Notes under the pieces: generated by a model
Seen by the model: only the letters and a program-made list of their open reading frames with translations
The model's database searches: none
What the model was told of the DNA's origin: nothing
IMG/VR virus record: IMGVR_UViG_3300012942_000018
Location: 1-42,555 of that record
DNA from: a virus
Lineage: Duplodnaviria; Caudoviricetes
Length of the DNA: 42,555 bases
Reading direction: 5' to 3' (one strand)
Position numbers and translations under genes: made by a program
Shown: piece after piece, positions 16,807 through 26,955 of the stretch
Position numbering within the stretch: position 1 is the stretch's first letter
Layout: each line of letters starts with the position of its first letter

Positions 16807-17660
16807 TAAACGTGAACCCCCCGGTAACCCAGCTTATGAAAAAACCCGCGCACACCCTTCTGAATCTCATCCTCAAGTTCTTCGATAACCGAAGGTGCGA
16901 ACGGGTTAGCGCCACCGAAAGCCGATGCGAACTCAGCCCCGAAAGCCTCAAGAGACAGCCCGGTTACAGTCGTCCAGTCCCGGGAGATAACCGCCCAGGC
17001 CTCTTCAACGTACTTATCCCAGAAGGCCCAGGTCATCCGGGCTAGCTGACCCCAGGTCACGATGTAAACGAACTGGGAATCAAACCCTGCGACCATTACG
17101 CAATGGCCGCCCTCAATCCCGCCGTCATCCGGAACCGCGTCGAGGGGCTGGCCAGCCTCAAACTGGCGCATACCAGATTTCGGGAAGTTAATCCCGATCG
17201 ACAGTGCGCCGAAGTCCTCGACCCCATGCTTAACCGCATCATGCGACCTAGGGTCAATATGACCATAGGCCGCAATCTCGAAGCCGCCAATACCAGTCTT
17301 GCGAAGGTACTCAAGAGCCGCCTGAACCGTAGCGCCCTTATCCGTAGGGTTCTTACCGGGCGGACCCGCATTGATATCAAAGCCCGACACGGCCGCATAA
17401 GCCTGAAGGGTCTCGGCGTCCGTAACTGTCTGGGCTTTACCCAGCCCGTAAGCGGTCTGCTGAATAGCGATATGGCCGTCACAAGCACATGTGCAATCGC
17501 CCCAGAACTTATTACCCAGCTCGCCCCAGTTAGTGACCTTCGAGTAATAGTCAATACTGTCAGCGGCCGTAAAAGCATTGCCGCAAAGATGCGGAGTCAG
17601 CTCAGGCTTAGGAGCGTTAGGGTCGAGGGGAATCCTGCCCGCTCGGAACGTGATAGACAT
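16806..17660 (-). CDS. Papain-like cysteine peptidase (probable second lysin)
   Basis: GN...GDCT.A, GGHCV...GFD, VTWG. Confidence 0.75.
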   Translation of the reverse strand: MSITFRAGRIPLDPNAPKPELTPHLCGNAFTAADSIDYYSKVTNWGELGNKFWGDCTCACDGHIAIQQTAYGLGKAQTVTDAETLQAYAAVSGFDINAGPPGKNPTDKGATVQAALEYLRKTGIGGFEIAAYGHIDPRSHDAVKHGVEDFGALSIGINFPKSGMRQFEAGQPLDAVPDDGGIEGGHCVMVAGFDSQFVYIVTWGQLARMTWAFWDKYVEEAWAVISRDWTTVTGLSLEAFGAEFASAFGGANPFAPSVIEELEDEIQKGVRGFFHKLGYRGVHV

Positions 17661-17805
17661 TTAGCCTCTCAAGATGCAACGTGTAATGCTTGTGATGGAA
17701 GGCGACAACATGCGGCATCCATCTATGACGGGTAAGGATGAGAGAGCCCCCGGTAATCACCGAAGCGACAATGTTTCCGAGAACCCCGACCCAGAAGTCG
17801 ATCAG
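17617..17805 (-). CDS. Small membrane protein (62 aa if the CTG start is used)
   Basis: LIDFWVGVLGNIVASVITGG...; CTG overlaps the upstream TGA; fills an otherwise empty gap. Confidence 0.45.
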   Translation of the reverse strand: MIDFWVGVLGNIVASVITGGSLILTRHRWMPHVVAFHHKHYTLHLERLNVYHVPSGQDSPRP

Positions 17806-18089
17806 GTGAACCGCCCGAAAAAGAAGTGAAACGTAAGCCAGGTAACCAGGACAACCCAGGCACCAAAGGTCAGGTAGTCGCTAGCGCCCCATTCCGCAGG
17901 TGTCTCATTGCGTGAAATCTGAAGGGTCCGCCATACCCAGGCGCTCAGAGTGTTGGCGCTATTCGTCTTCAAGGCGTAAATCTCGAAGACAAGAAAGATC
18001 CCAATCACAAGACCGCCAAGCCATACAGGCCAGACAGTGTTCCCCCAGGTCGCCCCGGTACCGTCGAGGATTACCCGTCCGTTGTTCAT
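17802..18089 (-). CDS. Membrane protein (lysis cassette)
   Basis: Two TM helices; E..AL.....TLS..VW...WLT.HF. Confidence 0.75.
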   Translation of the reverse strand: MNNGRVILDGTGATWGNTVWPVWLGGLVIGIFLVFEIYALKTNSANTLSAWVWRTLQISRNETPAEWGASDYLTFGAWVVLVTWLTFHFFFGRFT

Positions 18090-18337
18090 CGCCTTCGCGC
18101 CTCTTCAAGATTGGTTATCCGGATCTCATGACCCGACAGCCGCAAATCGTGATCGTGAGCCGTCTCGGCGCTCCACACAAGATGCGTATCAATAACTGTT
18201 GTCAGCTTTTCCGTTACGACCGTGTTAGCCTTGATGGACTCGATGAACCTTCCGACCAGGATGGCTGCTGTTCCGATTGCGAACAGTGCCGCAATAGTGC
18301 CGACGATCGAACCGACTACTTCTAGCGTGTGCATCAC
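18086..18337 (-). CDS. Membrane protein (holin-like)
   Basis: N-terminal TM helix; C-terminal HE.RI..LE coiled coil. Confidence 0.7.
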   Translation of the reverse strand: MMHTLEVVGSIVGTIAALFAIGTAAILVGRFIESIKANTVVTEKLTTVIDTHLVWSAETAHDHDLRLSGHEIRITNLEEARRR

Positions 18338-18732
18338 ACGTCCATATTTATAAGGATGTTGATCGACACGTAAGTCGCCCCGCCTAGGGCTCCGATCTCA
18401 ATCGCCCCATTGTTGAAGACTGTAACCTCGAACGGCGATCCCGCCCCGGTCCCAGTCAGGATCACACCTAGCGACTGCTGAGTTGAGATCGGGAACATGG
18501 ACGCATTAGGCAAAGTCCCGATAACCGTCCCTGACGTGGTAGTCCCCGGGTTAAGGTTCCCGATGATCTGAAGAACCGCACTATTCAGAAACCGGGCTTG
18601 AAACGTTGGTGACCCAGACCCGTGATTAGTCCATCCGTTCTGGGGAGTAATTGGCGTCCATGCGCCCGGGATGTTCTGGTTCATCCAAGCCGCGGTAATC
18701 CTCTGACCCGCTACGGCCAGACTTCCGGCCAT
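18334..18732 (-). CDS. Minor tail protein
   Basis: AGQRITAA.MN and W......NGW tail motifs. Confidence 0.75.
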   Translation of the reverse strand: MAGSLAVAGQRITAAWMNQNIPGAWTPITPQNGWTNHGSGSPTFQARFLNSAVLQIIGNLNPGTTTSGTVIGTLPNASMFPISTQQSLGVILTGTGAGSPFEVTVFNNGAIEIGALGGATYVSINILINMDV

Positions 18733-18741
18733 GATCCCCCT

Positions 18742-21700
18742 TTACAAAGAAACGATTGAAGGAGTCCAGAGCCGGACATCCGAATTAGCAGCCTGAGCCT
18801 TCACAACCCCGTTAACGCTCCGGGTAACCGTGAACGTCTGAGGCGAAGAAGCCCCGGTAATGTTCGTGACCGTAATCCGCTCACCACCAATGTTGATATC
18901 AAACGGGAAGTCCGCAGAGGCAGTAGTCCACAAAGGACTTCCGGCCGTCGAGGTCGCAACACTCAATGACGTAGCAGTCGATGAAACCCCAGCCGCAAGC
19001 GTCGAGCCGTCAGTATCAAACCGCCCGTACACAATGTCATCCATATAGGCGACATTCCAGGGGGTTGACGGAATCCCGTTCCATGACAACTTAAGAGCCT
19101 TCAGCCCGACAGTAACCGTCACGCCCTGGGTTAGCTGATCCACAAGACCCGGAGGCAACCACGCGGGCGGATTCTGAACCGTAATCCGGTCCCCCAGCTC
19201 GACGCCCAGAACATCCCAGTAAATATCAATCAGGTCAGAATCCGCAAGGTCAACCGTGATCGCCTTATACCTTGGCTCGTTAACCGTCAGCGAATGCAGA
19301 ATCCATCCGGCCTCAGAGTCAAGCTGATTATCATTCGCAAGGTTGATCGTGAACGACGTATCGTAACGCCCAACCTTCGAGACACTGTTAGCCGTACCGT
19401 CATCCAAGACCTGACGCGAAGAAGACCCGTCCGAGTTCTGAACGGTAATATCGTTCTTCATAGTCTGGTCATCAACCGTAGGCTCTAGCGTGTCCGCTAG
19501 CTGATCCTTGTTGTAATCAAGGGGAAGCCTTGAGGCCTGATTGCCCAGAGACGCACGGGTTCGGTAACCCCAGCCCAGAACCTGAGCCGTCTCAATCCAC
19601 ATGCCCCGGTCAGCGTCGCAACACTCCTGAATCAAGTTCGCAAGAGTCTCAAGAGTCTGAGCGCCCATAGGCGTAGTGTCGGTAATGTCACCGATCCCCC
19701 GGAACTGAATCCCTTCTTCGTCGCATAGACGCGCGAACCTGACGCCCGCGGCTTCACCAGTAAAAGCGTTAAGCGCCGAACCCAGATTGAAGAGCGATGT
19801 CCATGTAGTCTCAGCGCTGACATGCCCGACAGCCGTACCGGACATAAGAAGATCAGGGCTGAAGGTAATCTTCGAGATCGCCCCGACCTTGCCCGTTCCG
19901 GTAACCTGCCACACGTTGCCCGAAGAAGCCCCGGGGCGAAGAGTCACCATCGAAATCTGGTAACTGTTCGTTCCGGTCTTTTGCATCTCAACAGACATGC
20001 GGAGCGGAGACCCATCGACCCCGAACGCGATAGGCCCGGTAGTCTGAATCTGATTCCCGTTGCCGTCCCAGGTCGTAAGGGCTAGCGCGCCCCCAGGCCC
20101 CTCATATGTAAGGTCTGCCTGGCCGACCGCACCGCCCGTGTACTGAATGCGGCAGAGAACGCCCGCAGTATCGCCCCCAGCGGGGACGCTCAGAAGGAAC
20201 CTGACAACAGCATCCGCCCCAGGCCCCACGACCGAAGCGGGCGTGTACCTTGGAACGATCGTCGCATCAATACCCGAGTTCGCCAGCGTCACGATTGGCG
20301 CTGAACAGTCAAAGTCGCTCGACCCTGCGATACCGGGAGTGCCGCCCCACCATGAGAACGGCTTGCCACCGATCGCAGAAGCTAGCTGAGTCGAACCCGG
20401 TCCGTCCTCAAACGGCCAGTAGCCCACAACATACTTGTTGAGCTGATTCGTGTACGCCCGGTACATCGCGGAGTTGATCGACGCATTCGTACTCCCCAGG
20501 CGACGCAAGAGCCCCCCAGCCTGAAGGGCTATACGGGCGTTAGGGTCGCCAGGCGTCCAAGACTGAGGCCACGCCCCGCACTCCCCATGAAACAGATAGA
20601 GACGCGCGGAGACTTCAGAGGTGCCTGTCAGACTCCATGCGTTCGACTGAGCGTCAGTCCACGAAGTGACGCCTTCCGCAAGGGTCGTGAAGTCCGCAGT
20701 AGCTACAGCGTTCGCCTCGACCGTGCCCCCCAGGCCCTGAAGGACCGCGAAGGCGTACACCTTCCCGTTGAACCCGTTCGCCGTAACCGAAGCGGCTCCT
20801 GCGGTCCCAACAGACACAGGAGCTGTAGAGGCGAACGCCCCCCCAGTCGCAACACTGCTGAGCGCCTGGGCGACCCAAGATCCGCAGAACTGGCCCGTGT
20901 AGAACTCGACCTGACCAGACGTTGAGTTGTAAGTAACCCGGACGGACAGCCGCCCGTGAGACTGGCTAAGCGGGAAACTTCCACACGCCGAAGTGCTAGT
21001 CCCGTTAGTAGACACATAAAAGTTGAGCGTCCCGGCCTGAGTAGTCGTCAGCAACCATGCGCGCTGATTACCCGCTTCTGTCCACTGGCCAGCGAGGATC
21101 TGAGGCGTATACCAGTTATCGGCATCCGCATCAATCCAGACCTCAAACGACCCAAGCCCACGGTTCGATACGGTCGAAGGACACGAAGCCCCTGAGGCCT
21201 GATCGGCTTCGAGCCGCAAAGCCGAAGAAGTGTCAGGGACGCTCACGCGGATAGGCGTGTTAAGTCCCAGCTCCCCGTAATACGGGCTCAGCGGGTTAAG
21301 GCTAGAGAACGTCCCGTCATGGTTGTCAATCGTGGTCGCAAGAGTCGCGGGGCTTGCAGTCGTGGATTCGTCAGGATGCCCGCGCTGAATCGTGATCGTG
21401 TCCTGAAAGACCCGATCCGATACGTTCGTCCATACGTCCCCGATCTGAAGCTCAACCCGGGCGTTCATGTCCTCGCCCAGACGCATCCAGACCGGATCAG
21501 ACCCCAGATCGAAACCCAACTCGGCTTCCGTGCTCCTGAACCCCCGGGGTCCAAGCCCGAAAGACCCAGAGACCGTAATAGGCGGAGCAACAAGCGGAGA
21601 ACCCCAAGCGCCCCTCAGCCCCGGGCGCACGAAAGCCCCGGAAACCGTAACCGGATTGGCAACCGTAACGGAACCCGTCATAGACGGCCCGGAGAGCCCC

Positions 21701-21948
21701 GCAGAACCACTAGAACTAACCGGGTTAGCAACTACTACAGCCCCCGAGAAACCAGCCCCCGAAAGGCCCGCAGAGCCGCTAGAGCTGATCGGAACCGGGG
21801 GCCCCGCAATACCAGAGAACCCGAAAGCCCCCAGGCTCATAGACCCTGAAGACGTAACAGCCGGAGCCGTAGACCCGTCTTCGGTTAGAAGGTTCCCCGG
21901 TGATTCGTTTAGGAGAGCCCCGCCAGCCTCATTAAGCAAACGCCCCAT
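18742..21948 (-). CDS. Large minor tail / baseplate protein with N-terminal repeats
   Basis: 1068 aa; I.IQRG..DE, YWPFEDG, GGE...VT...VTRSVNG. Confidence 0.85.
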   Translation of the reverse strand: MGRLLNEAGGALLNESPGNLLTEDGSTAPAVTSSGSMSLGAFGFSGIAGPPVPISSSGSAGLSGAGFSGAVVVANPVSSSGSAGLSGPSMTGSVTVANPVTVSGAFVRPGLRGAWGSPLVAPPITVSGSFGLGPRGFRSTEAELGFDLGSDPVWMRLGEDMNARVELQIGDVWTNVSDRVFQDTITIQRGHPDESTTASPATLATTIDNHDGTFSSLNPLSPYYGELGLNTPIRVSVPDTSSALRLEADQASGASCPSTVSNRGLGSFEVWIDADADNWYTPQILAGQWTEAGNQRAWLLTTTQAGTLNFYVSTNGTSTSACGSFPLSQSHGRLSVRVTYNSTSGQVEFYTGQFCGSWVAQALSSVATGGAFASTAPVSVGTAGAASVTANGFNGKVYAFAVLQGLGGTVEANAVATADFTTLAEGVTSWTDAQSNAWSLTGTSEVSARLYLFHGECGAWPQSWTPGDPNARIALQAGGLLRRLGSTNASINSAMYRAYTNQLNKYVVGYWPFEDGPGSTQLASAIGGKPFSWWGGTPGIAGSSDFDCSAPIVTLANSGIDATIVPRYTPASVVGPGADAVVRFLLSVPAGGDTAGVLCRIQYTGGAVGQADLTYEGPGGALALTTWDGNGNQIQTTGPIAFGVDGSPLRMSVEMQKTGTNSYQISMVTLRPGASSGNVWQVTGTGKVGAISKITFSPDLLMSGTAVGHVSAETTWTSLFNLGSALNAFTGEAAGVRFARLCDEEGIQFRGIGDITDTTPMGAQTLETLANLIQECCDADRGMWIETAQVLGWGYRTRASLGNQASRLPLDYNKDQLADTLEPTVDDQTMKNDITVQNSDGSSSRQVLDDGTANSVSKVGRYDTSFTINLANDNQLDSEAGWILHSLTVNEPRYKAITVDLADSDLIDIYWDVLGVELGDRITVQNPPAWLPPGLVDQLTQGVTVTVGLKALKLSWNGIPSTPWNVAYMDDIVYGRFDTDGSTLAAGVSSTATSLSVATSTAGSPLWTTASADFPFDINIGGERITVTNITGASSPQTFTVTRSVNGVVKAQAANSDVRLWTPSIVSL

Positions 21949-22002
21949 TAAGCTCTTACTTTCCTATCGGTCAGGCGAGAGTCTCCGCGATCCACCTTTT
22001 GC

Positions 22003-23424
22003 CTAGCAAGTGATCGCGGTAAATGCGAAGTTAGAAAACGCACCGGACGAGGTCGCCTTGACAAACCAGCTCGCGGGAATCCTGACCGCTATGACTCCGA
22101 TAGCCGCTGTCGCGTTAGCGAAAATCGTGGTGCCCGTTGCGCTGTTCGGGCCAATAGCAAGCGTGAGGTTCGTCGCCGCCTTGACGTTTACGTACAGCAT
22201 TACGTCCTCAATGGGATTAAGCTGAACAGGCGTCCCGCTGGTAATCGCCGGAGTACTGGCAACAGCCGCCCCAAGCGTGCTACTGCCGCCAAAGTACAAC
22301 GGGTTAATACCCGCATCCCCGTCAAAGTTCCCCTGAAACCCGTAAATCTGAGACGGGAAGTTGCAAGGCGTAAACGGATTAGCGGCGTTAAAGTCCAGAA
22401 CGCCCGAGCAGTCCGTAATCCAGTTGAACTGGTTGTCACCAAAAAAGATCGTGTACGGAACGAAAGCGTTCGCAGTCCCGCCCAGCTCACAGCCCATCCA
22501 CAACTGAGAATCAAAGATAGACGTGTGAGTAGCGTCAGCCCCGCCCGTGATCCTCAGGCACGCATGAACCGCAGTCCCCGAAGGCGGATATGAGAAGTTG
22601 CCATAGATGCCGATCTTGGCATCGTAAATAAAGACCCCATTCGTAACGACAACCCCGTCACCCAGACCCTGACTGTCAATGTAGATATCCATGTTCAGGC
22701 GGGCGAAAGAACCCGTTGCGGTAGTCGTGAACCCGCTCGCAGGCTGGTAATCAAACTGAACGCCAACGGAACAGCCCTGAGCGTAAATCTCGCCGTGAAG
22801 CTGCTCAGTAAACGTATAGTTGTTATTGAACCAGACCCCGATAGACGTTCCGGCCGTGAAGTTCGCAACGTTAACCTCAACCTTGCCACGGAAGATGTCT
22901 CCCATGTTGACAGCCCGGGAAGACCCCGTACACGCAGAGCCGTCAATCCACGGGAAGCCCTCAATGCCTCCACCGTAAACAACCGTAGTCGTATACAAGT
23001 TGGCATCATGCATCTTGAAGACATCGCCAGCGCCTACAGCATGGATGTAGCATCCGGCCGCATCGATCGTGACAGCCGAGCGCGAGATAACAACCTGACC
23101 GCACTGGATATACCATGCGCCAGGCGCAAGACGGATCTTCCCCCCAGTCGAGGGCAACGCAGCAACCGCACTGTTGATAGCCGCAGCGTCCGTAACCCCC
23201 GAGGTAACCCCACTGGGCTCTAGGGCCACGACGTACCCGCCGAATACCGCGAGCCAGGTAGCGAGGCTCCCCAGGGTCATCTTCTTGTCAGAGCCGCCAG
23301 AGCCCGCCGGGGGCGTAGTCGTATCCGAAACATCAACTACCGGGATCAGATCACCCGAAGCCGGGGCGCTATTCGTACTGACCCCGGTAGTCCCTGAAGA
23401 GCCTGCGATCGAATAGTCAGCCAC
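22003..23424 (-). CDS. Tail spike / depolymerase-like beta-helix protein
   Basis: D.AAI.SA......GG.I.L.PG.W pectate-lyase-like start; N/G-rich body. Confidence 0.7.
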   Translation of the reverse strand: MADYSIAGSSGTTGVSTNSAPASGDLIPVVDVSDTTTPPAGSGGSDKKMTLGSLATWLAVFGGYVVALEPSGVTSGVTDAAAINSAVAALPSTGGKIRLAPGAWYIQCGQVVISRSAVTIDAAGCYIHAVGAGDVFKMHDANLYTTTVVYGGGIEGFPWIDGSACTGSSRAVNMGDIFRGKVEVNVANFTAGTSIGVWFNNNYTFTEQLHGEIYAQGCSVGVQFDYQPASGFTTTATGSFARLNMDIYIDSQGLGDGVVVTNGVFIYDAKIGIYGNFSYPPSGTAVHACLRITGGADATHTSIFDSQLWMGCELGGTANAFVPYTIFFGDNQFNWITDCSGVLDFNAANPFTPCNFPSQIYGFQGNFDGDAGINPLYFGGSSTLGAAVASTPAITSGTPVQLNPIEDVMLYVNVKAATNLTLAIGPNSATGTTIFANATAAIGVIAVRIPASWFVKATSSGAFSNFAFTAITC

Positions 23425-23832
23425 TTACGAACCCGCCTGCGTCTGAGACAGACTGAACGCACTACAAGAAACGTTCGCGCCCGCAACAATAGACAGGTTC
23501 GAAAGGTTCAGGTCCGCACCCGAAGTGCCTACGGTTCCCGTTGCGACAACCGCGCTCGAAGAATCCAGAAGAACGCAATAGCCCGCAGTGCCAGAAGCCG
23601 CCGCGGTCCCAGCACTAATCGCGTTAGCAACTGCGGTAACCGTCCCAGCCGAAGCCGTAGGAGCCGCGAACGCTGTAGCGCTGAAGCCCAGAGTAACCAG
23701 AAGCGTCCCGGCCGGGGCTCCGTTAAGGCTTGGCTGAGCGCCTGTGTAAATCTTGATCGACCCGCCGTTAAGCTTGTTCGCAACAGCCTGAAGGCTTGCA
23801 ATCGCGGTCGAGTCATACCACTGACTAGCCAT
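23425..23832 (-). CDS. Small virion structural protein
   Basis: IYTGAQP...LL..L...AF...SGTAGY...GTVGTSGADL. Confidence 0.75.
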   Translation of the reverse strand: MASQWYDSTAIASLQAVANKLNGGSIKIYTGAQPSLNGAPAGTLLVTLGFSATAFAAPTASAGTVTAVANAISAGTAAASGTAGYCVLLDSSSAVVATGTVGTSGADLNLSNLSIVAGANVSCSAFSLSQTQAGS

Positions 23833-23933
23833 TAAAAGATTCCAAACGGGATAGACGGGAAAGAGAAAGAGCCAGTCGCAGTGATAGGCTCCGGGGCCTC
23901 TTCGACCTCCGGAGCCTCTACGTCGTCCGTCAC
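23832..23933 (-). CDS. 33-aa peptide after the tape measure gene
   Basis: GTG start 2 nt after the TMP stop; TAATG coupling; MTDDVEAPEVEEAPEPITATGSFSFPSIPFGIF. Confidence 0.45.
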   Translation of the reverse strand: MTDDVEAPEVEEAPEPITATGSFSFPSIPFGIF

Positions 23934-23935
23934 GG

Positions 23936-26470
23936 TTACCTTCCGAGGACGGCGGGATTTCCGCCGCGAATACGAATGTTTTGCTTCAGCCATGAAATGA
24001 ACTGCTGATCAGCGCCAGAGCCCCCAACCCATTCGGCCTTAATAGATGCGCCCGCCCCAGCCGCAGCGCCCATTGAGGTAGCGATCTTCACGTTCCCCAG
24101 GCCCGCATTAGCCGTAGTAACCCCAAGGTTCCGCATAGTCGCATGAAGCCTTGGAGCCGCATTCTGGATACCGACAACCGCACCCTGAACGATGTTCTCG
24201 CCATGCTCCATAAAGACCCGGGAGGGCGAGAAGATTTTCAGGGGGTTGGTGAAGTACGAAGAGATATCGGACGCCAGGCCTTTAACGTAATTCAAGACCC
24301 CGGACGCGGCGGACTTAATGCCGTTAAGCAGCCCGTTAACAATGTTCTCACCGATCTTCAGCATGTCACCGGGAAGACGCTCTAGGAATCCGATGATCTG
24401 CCCCGGGAGTTTCTGAAAGAACCCGCCGACCTGCGAGGCCCCTTGAGACGAACTCGAAGTCAGGGAATGCCAGGCGTTAACGAAAAGCTTCTCTACGTTC
24501 TGACCCAGCTTTTCGACCCCGGAGACGATCGCATTCCATACCTTGACCAGATCCCCGGGAATGCCGTCTACGATCGCCGCAATCTCATGGCGCGTATTGG
24601 CAAACGCCGTTGAAGCATCATGACGTATATTGTCGAAGGTGGTAGCGGCCCAGTGACGCGCATTATCGAAACCAGTCTTGATATCATGGCCGATAGCGTC
24701 AACCGTGGCCGCGATAGCATGACGAGTCAGAGCAAAGTCATTCGAAACATCATGACGGAGCTGATCGAACGCCTGGGCGATCTGATGCGTATGCGTGCGG
24801 ATCGTATAGACCGCCATGCCGATAGGGTCCACAAGCCACGCGACGATTTGTTTCCAGTGACTTGAGATCCAGTTATAGGCGGTAGTCAGCCCGGAAACGA
24901 TATCGTGCCCGACCGTTGAAACCGCATGACGGACAGTGTCAAAGGCGTGTGCGATATCATGACCAGCGGTCGCAACCCCGTGGCGTGCGGTATCGAATGC
25001 GCCTGCGATATCGTGAGCCGCAGTAGCTACACCATGCCGCGCGGTATCGAACGCGCCCGCAATGTCATGCCCGCCAGTAGCAACCGCATGGCGGAACTCA
25101 TCGAATCCCTTCATGGTGGCGCGAACCTGAGCGGTCAGGAAATCCCAAACCGTCATACTTGCCTCTACGATCCCGAGAAGCGTAGAAAGCGCAGCGCCAG
25201 CAAGACGGAACGCAATATTGATCCCGTTGATAACGTCCTTCTGGCTCATAACCGTGAAGAGCTGAAGAAGGTCGTTAGTCAGCCCAGCCATACCGGACCC
25301 GATAGCCGTAATAGCCGGGCCGGTCAACTGGGTAATAAAGTCCATAAAGCCCTTGAACCTGTTAGAGTCCAGGCCTTTGTTCAGCATCGCCAGAACACCA
25401 ATAATGGCAGGCTGAGCCGCATTCGCCAGAGGCGCGAGATACTTCAGGTTATCGGAAAGGATTCCGATCGCCTGACTGAAGACCTGAACCGTAGGGATCT
25501 GAAAGGCTTTCGCCATTCCGTCAAACTGGGCTTTAACGTTCTTCAGTTCCGTAACGGCTAGCCGGATAGGCTCTGGAAGCTTGGCAAGCTCGGCCTTCGT
25601 GTCCCCAACAGCCCCGAAGATCGTCTTCAGGGTCGGAAGCGCCAGAGCCCCGAAAGCCCCCACGCCCGCCCCGGCCGCGACGAACCCAGTAGCGAGGGCG
25701 GTAGCTTCAGTGACTACAGCGCCGATGACGCCCGCTACGACCGCGAGGCCCCCAGCCGAACCCGTGACAGACCCCAGGGTTCCAACCAGCCCCACGCCAT
25801 CAGGGGCCGCAGCGGCACCTTCCGAAGCGCCGCTAGAGCCCAGCTTCTCAAGGATGCTGGTAAGGCCGTCCCCGACCAGCGGAAGCTTCCCCAGGACTGA
25901 GGTAAGGCCGCTCGACAGACCTCCGGAGCCGTTGCGCCCTGTAAGGAACCGGCCGATGATCCCAGCCCCGGCCGACTCAACGTCTTCCGTGTCCGTCTTG
26001 CGCTTAAGGTTGTCGATCTGAAAATCAAGGGCCGCAATGTCCGCAAGAGCTTTCGGAACCCCGTCAACCGTAACCTTCGGGTCCGCAGTCCTTTTAGACA
26101 GAGCCTCGATCGAGGCGTCAAGAGCCGCGATCTTTGCGACCGCGGCCTTATCATCCGCATCAATCGTGATCGTAGCCCGTGCGGCCTTAAGAGCGTCAAC
26201 CTTCGCCTTAAGGTCATCAAGAGTCGCAACGGCCTTAACGTCATCGGCCGTCAGCTCTATCGGCTTCTCAGCCTCTGTCTTCGTCTGGGCGAGAACAGTC
26301 CGGAAGACTTTGATCTTCTCAGCCGCAACAGCCGTGTCGATCCCTAGCTTAAGTTCAGGGAAGGCCGTTGCAAGCTCTTCGCCCATAGCGTCAATCTGTT
26401 CGATCTTCGCTTTGGCGTCAGCGTTATCCCCGAGGATTGCAAGACGAACGCTCTTAGTGTCGCCAGCCAC
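23936..26470 (-). CDS. Tape measure protein
   Basis: Follows the chaperones; Ala/Gly-rich helical sequence with repeats; C-terminal I.SPSRVF..G..I..G. Confidence 0.92.
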   Translation of the reverse strand: MAGDTKSVRLAILGDNADAKAKIEQIDAMGEELATAFPELKLGIDTAVAAEKIKVFRTVLAQTKTEAEKPIELTADDVKAVATLDDLKAKVDALKAARATITIDADDKAAVAKIAALDASIEALSKRTADPKVTVDGVPKALADIAALDFQIDNLKRKTDTEDVESAGAGIIGRFLTGRNGSGGLSSGLTSVLGKLPLVGDGLTSILEKLGSSGASEGAAAAPDGVGLVGTLGSVTGSAGGLAVVAGVIGAVVTEATALATGFVAAGAGVGAFGALALPTLKTIFGAVGDTKAELAKLPEPIRLAVTELKNVKAQFDGMAKAFQIPTVQVFSQAIGILSDNLKYLAPLANAAQPAIIGVLAMLNKGLDSNRFKGFMDFITQLTGPAITAIGSGMAGLTNDLLQLFTVMSQKDVINGINIAFRLAGAALSTLLGIVEASMTVWDFLTAQVRATMKGFDEFRHAVATGGHDIAGAFDTARHGVATAAHDIAGAFDTARHGVATAGHDIAHAFDTVRHAVSTVGHDIVSGLTTAYNWISSHWKQIVAWLVDPIGMAVYTIRTHTHQIAQAFDQLRHDVSNDFALTRHAIAATVDAIGHDIKTGFDNARHWAATTFDNIRHDASTAFANTRHEIAAIVDGIPGDLVKVWNAIVSGVEKLGQNVEKLFVNAWHSLTSSSSQGASQVGGFFQKLPGQIIGFLERLPGDMLKIGENIVNGLLNGIKSAASGVLNYVKGLASDISSYFTNPLKIFSPSRVFMEHGENIVQGAVVGIQNAAPRLHATMRNLGVTTANAGLGNVKIATSMGAAAGAGASIKAEWVGGSGADQQFISWLKQNIRIRGGNPAVLGR

Positions 26471-26473
26471 TAG

Positions 26474-26662
26474 CTACCCTTTTTCTTGCTCTGCCAGATA
26501 GGCATCAATGTTCAGAATCAAGCCGAAGAAATCCCGCAGTCTCAGCGGAGCAGACGGGTCAATATGGCAAAGGTGAGTCAGTGCGAAAAGGTATTCCGCC
26601 CTGAGATCACTAATCTTCGCGGTCTTAAACCGAACGTCGTTTACTCCGCTTCCGCTTTTCCC
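26474..26662 (-). CDS. Tail assembly chaperone -1 frameshift extension (GT)
   Basis: G GGA AAA at 26662-26656; -1 frame open to TAG at 26476-26474. Confidence 0.85.
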   Translation of the reverse strand, partial: GKSGSGVNDVRFKTAKISDLRAEYLFALTHLCHIDPSAPLRLRDFFGLILNIDAYLAEQEKG

Positions 26663-26946
26663 TCTTCGTCCTCCGCGCCCAGAACATTCGCGTTCCGAAG
26701 TGCCTTAAGGAACTTCAGCGGCTTGCACTGAACACGCTCGATACGCGCGCCAGGCTCCCCGTTCTGAACCAGGCAAAGCCAGTAGTAAGCCGTAATTGAC
26801 TTGACATCCGCAACCTTCATCCCGTCTTCAAGAGCCAGAAGGTTCGGAATCCCAAAGCGCTCGATCGCCCGAGCGTCTTCAGTCGTCATGTCCTCAATGT
26901 CGAGAAGGAACGTACGACCCTCATACTGGATTTCAAGCACTGACAT
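26641..26946 (-). CDS. Tail assembly chaperone (G)
   Basis: Position upstream of TMP; slippery site near its end. Confidence 0.85.
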   Translation of the reverse strand: MSVLEIQYEGRTFLLDIEDMTTEDARAIERFGIPNLLALEDGMKVADVKSITAYYWLCLVQNGEPGARIERVQCKPLKFLKALRNANVLGAEDEEGKAEAE

Positions 26947-26955
26947 TTGTTCGCC

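Noticed and set aside
18334-23424. Diversity-generating retroelement acting on tail genes
   Set aside because: No reverse transcriptase and no template/variable repeat pair noticed.
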